The notes beneath the pieces were generated by a model. The model was not told where the DNA came from. It saw only the letters and a list, made by a program, of their open reading frames with translations, and ran no database searches. A stretch of 64,000 bases of DNA from the human T2T-CHM13v2.0 reference genome, Homo sapiens: assembly GCF_009914755.1 (NCBI RefSeq), contig NC_060930.1. One strand, given 5' to 3'. Within the stretch, counting starts at the first letter, position 1. Each line of letters starts with the position of its first letter. Shown piece after piece: positions 58,933 to 64,000 of the stretch. A program made the translations under genes and the position numbers.

Positions 58933-61900
58933 AATGTTTTATTATGAAATGAAGATGACATTTTCTTTTCAACAAAATTATGGACCATCAAGGATTATAA
59001 AAATTAAAGTACTACATTTTGATGATGCACATTCTAGAAAAACCAGAAGTGATAATATATAATAGAACTTATTAAAGATATATTCAAAATTTGAAATTGG
59101 TATCTGCAAGATGAATACACTGAAGGCTCATAGATGATAACTGATGAGCTGTTTGTTTCTTTCTGAAGATATTTCCCATTTGAAGTATATACATCTTTGA
59201 AAACAGGGAATATAAGATAGAAACATTTTGTTTTACTATATTTAAATTCTTATCAAAACTTTCACTTTCCCTTTATTTCTACTCCTGTAAACTATTAGAA
59301 AAACTAAATAATTTTTTTTAATAATTAAAACTCCAAGAGGTTGATAGAGAAAATTACTCATTCCTGGTATACTGAGATTAGAATGTATATTTTCTATGTC
59401 TTCATTGTATACTTATCAAGTTATCCTTTTTAATACAATTATTTATGTCTTAGCTTACCTCTTTTCTGGACCACCAGCTTGCTGAGAGGATTCAACAACT
59501 ACTTACTGAATAAACATTAAAATTCCCGAAACTTTTGTTGTGTGAAAATAATTAAATGATTGGAATTAGAGTGAATATGTTTTTATGGAACTATGCCTAC
59601 CTTGGAGCAGGATTTTTTTCAGAAGTCTAAAGCAAAGCTAAATGGTACCTAGTCTTGTCTAATACAAGCAGTGAGCTCTGAAATACATTAAACCATTAAA
59701 TAACAGTGACTATAATGCAATTACATTTGACCTCTTCTCAGCGAGATTTAACCAAAAATATAGTTAAGCACCACTAAAGTTCAAGAAAAGGATCTTAATA
59801 AAATGAGAGTACTAACTTATTCCTTGAGGCTCTTTCTAGCTATGGACTTAAAACCCATTGAATTGGAATGCAGGCTGCCAAAGAATGCCTTATTACAATC
59901 AGAGAAGATTTTGATAGGTGAGTACCCTCAATTTAAAGAAAACAAATGACACAAAAAGCAGAATAAATTACCGTGACATAATTCTTGGCTCAAGTAAAAG
60001 TCAGACAGTAGCTGAAATTTTAATAGTGGAATAACTTCTAAGGGATAAACTTTAACTTGTATTAAACTTTAATCATAATAGTTACAGAGATGAAAGCTAA
60101 AAAAAATTATTAAAATTACTAAGCACAAGCACACTAGCCCTGGTACTTGTAGTGGACATTTAAATTGGTTTCTTTATCTTTAGTGAATATAAAGAGGTCT
60201 GTGAACCATGTGATTTCTTCCTTACAGAAATTTGTCTCTTTAACTTGGGTGACTCTGCCCAGAAACCCATGCAATTTATTAAGCCCAGATAGAAGTTGGT
60301 GAAGAAGGAATATGAAAATGCCAAGCAAGATCCTGATGTGTTTTCTTAAAAATAGTCTACCTAAATGAATAAAATTATCAGTATAGCTGTCACTTAAGAA
60401 AAATGTGCTAAGCCACACAAAATTGAAAAGGAAATTGGAATTACTGGAAGGTTGATAAAGATAAATAAATCTGGCGGAATATACCTTGACCATCCGTACT
60501 ATCAATTTCCAAAAAAAGAAAAAGAAAAAAACCCATAAATTGTGTTTTGATGTTGCAAATAATGTCTGTCTTGACCAGTTTTAATAGTTCTCTTATGAGT
60601 AAGTGACAAGTAGACTACTTTAAGCCCTAGGAAAAAAAGTGGAGGTTAATCAGTTTCAAGACAGCTACCATAAGACGAATCAATCTCTTTCTTTCTGTCT
60701 CAATCTCTCCCCGACTCTCCTCTCTCTGTCTTCCCTAAGGCAGGTTATGAGTTATTAAAACACATCCTGTATAACGCTGACCATCGGCACAACCAAAGAT
60801 CTCAATATGAAGATGTTAGGTCATTAAATGGAGAAAGTATCTCTGGAGAGGGGAGATCTTCGGTGTTCATAATATACCTAAAATTACAAAATGTACATAC
60901 AGGTCTATGCCAGTTGCCCATAGGACCAGTGTTGATAGCATGCATTCACTTCCTAGATTTAAATATAATTTTCTTCATGTTTCAACTTAATATAGAGTAA
61001 GTCAGTACAAGAGAATTTTGATTCAATACAACCAAATGAGCAGATCTTTATAATTTATACTGGTTTATTAAGATGGTCCCTATAATTGAAGTGAGGATTA
61101 TCCCTGACCCTAGGATAGTGCATATTCACCATTCACAACAGAAAATCAGAAAGAGCAATTCAATTAATCTTCAGGTTTATAGACGAAATCTTAGCTAAAA
61201 ATTTTAAGAATATCTTAGAAGCATTTTATTTGATGGGATAAAAGGCAAAACTTGGGACTTATGTCATAGTGTCAGCACATTTCATCAGCAAGCGTTTTCA
61301 AATTAGAACTGCAATTTGGGTTACTTTTGAGGGTGTGACAGTACAAAGGAAAAACTGAATCCCAGAGGGAAAAATCAAATTATAGTTTTAAAAACTCATT
61401 ACCAATAATTAATAGTGAACTCTAGCTAAACAATACAGGTGTTACACTAATCCCAAACAGAAACAGATGGAAGCGCAAATGTTTTATAAGTAGTGGATAC
61501 ATGCAGAGCAATAAACTTGGCAAGAATTGTCTTATTCTATAATTGCCAGTCAGAGTCAATGTCTCACCACTTACATTGTCTCTAAATTAATATGCCCAGA
61601 TTAAATCTGTGTTTCTCATTCCTTATTTTCAAAAATGCAAGTCATATTTAATGCTTTCTCACTCCATGTTTTGTATTGCCACACTGACAAAGATAATATT
61701 CCTGAATTTTGTTTAGGTACATTTACATAACATCATATAGTTTATTAAATGAAACAACAGGCATATTACATAGGCTTTCCTTCTCTCCCTTCTTCCTTTT
61801 CAACTCCTGGACAAGAAATACTCGCTTTTCAAGTATTTCTTTCATTTCTTAAACCTTCAAAATAATGAATGTAGGTAGATGAAATAAATTAAGAATTCAA

Positions 61901-62495
61901 TTAGTAAGTCAATTAATGGTACAAAGAAATCTAATCCTATAGAACTAGGAATTATCTTCAGGGGTTGGAATACTCTATAATGTTGTAGGTCTGAACTTAG
62001 GACTTTTTAGAGTATGTTTGCATATGCCTTTAGAAGGGCTCTCTCTGTGCGGTCGTTAACAAAATCATCTTTAATTCATGCATAGATGATTTTATTATTC
62101 CTTCTAACCTTACTCTGTTGTTAGATTTTTCAGAAAGAAATGATTGGTATTGCGACTATTAAACTACTAGCATCCCTCGCTGAATTTCTTAGTGCATGGT
62201 TCTCTGTGTCTTGAGACTTTCTTAGGAATTATATTTTATGATCAACAAATAACTACTATGAATGATTTCAGTGGGACAGAAAACAGATAATTTTCTTCAA
62301 GTAAAGAAATTTTAAAACTAATAGAATATGAAGAAAATAATGCATGTTAGTCATTTATTAATTCATGCTCATCAACAACATAGATTCGTCTCATCTCATA
62401 TGTAAGTAAACACCTAGTTGACTTTACAAAAATTATGTGTAGAGTATGAATTTCTTGAACCAGCACAGGTGAACAAATGGTTAGCACTCCTTTGA

Positions 62496-62807
<312 letters not shown>

Positions 62808-62816
62808 TGAACTTTT

Positions 62817-63434
<618 letters not shown>

Positions 63435-63554
63435 CTAACATTGAATTTTTGATATATATAGACTGAAACTTGTAAGTGTTGAGAGGTTCTCTTCATGTAG
63501 GGAACTCACCAGGCAGGCAGTGGTGAAATGAACAAATTAAAGTTATAACATTTT

Positions 63555-63745
63555 GTTTGTAGTCACTAGATGATTTGTCAACAATGCAAGGTTGTGACTG
63601 TGATCTTTATTTTAAATGTAAGAACACTAAAAATGAGGTAGAGTTCAATTATTTGCTCAAGACCTAATACTAGAAAAGGATGGAGTTAAGAATTATCACT
63701 GTATTTCTGTCCAAAGCCTTGTCTTTCCACCATATCACACTACCT
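63555..63745 (-). mobile_element. MIR SINE
   Basis: TTATTTGCTCAAGACC...TCCAAAGCCTTGTCTTTCCACCATATCACACT. Confidence 0.6.
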
Positions 63746-63794
63746 TCCTGAAGGTTTATTTCCAATTATGCTATGATACTATACACAAACATCG

Positions 63795-63918
63795 ATATTA
63801 TTAATATATTATTAATAATATATATCATTAATATTATTAATATTAATATAATATGTTAATATATAATATATGTAATTATTATATATAATATATATTTATA
63901 AATTATAATATATATTTA
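63795..63918. repeat. AT-rich low-complexity (ATT/ATA) tract
   Basis: Directly visible. Confidence 0.9.
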
Positions 63919-64000
63919 GTGATTTTCCCCCTCATTTAAATTTCTTACTGAAAATGTAGAAGAAGGAAAAGGGGAGGAGGAGGAAATTATTTAACTAGAA

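Noticed and set aside
60134-60505. 123-aa minus-strand ORF
   Set aside because: Non-ATG start, composition typical of random AT-rich DNA, no recognisable domain

Overview
This is AT-rich hominid (probably human) genomic DNA that looks intronic or intergenic. I recognise no intact protein-coding gene, RNA gene or CRISPR array; almost all long ORFs in the track are LINE-1 or Alu fragments. The window is dominated by three primate L1s: a 5'-inverted, truncated L1PA2-type copy nested in an AluY within an L2 (11441-14215), a near-full-length L1PB1 (about 15574-22075) and a full-length but inactivated L1PA2-type copy (39846-45865). It also holds about a dozen Alus, ERV solo LTRs, DNA-transposon fossils (including a piggyBac/Looper transposase relic) and MIR/L2 debris. 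The most interesting signal is that the two L1PA2 copies, about 30 kb apart, share several private mutations including an ORF2 frameshift, across a segment that is contiguous in one copy but split by the inversion in the other. This points to ectopic gene conversion and an inversion/deletion-prone architecture. Also notable are an apparent Alu-L1 chimeric insertion under one target-site duplication (TSD), parent-TSD micro-transductions, an Alu target site present three times, and a possible decayed coding exon at 1750-2334. Repeat subfamily calls come from my recall of consensus sequences, and boundaries of old repeats are approximate. I found no evidence of a wholly new biological system.
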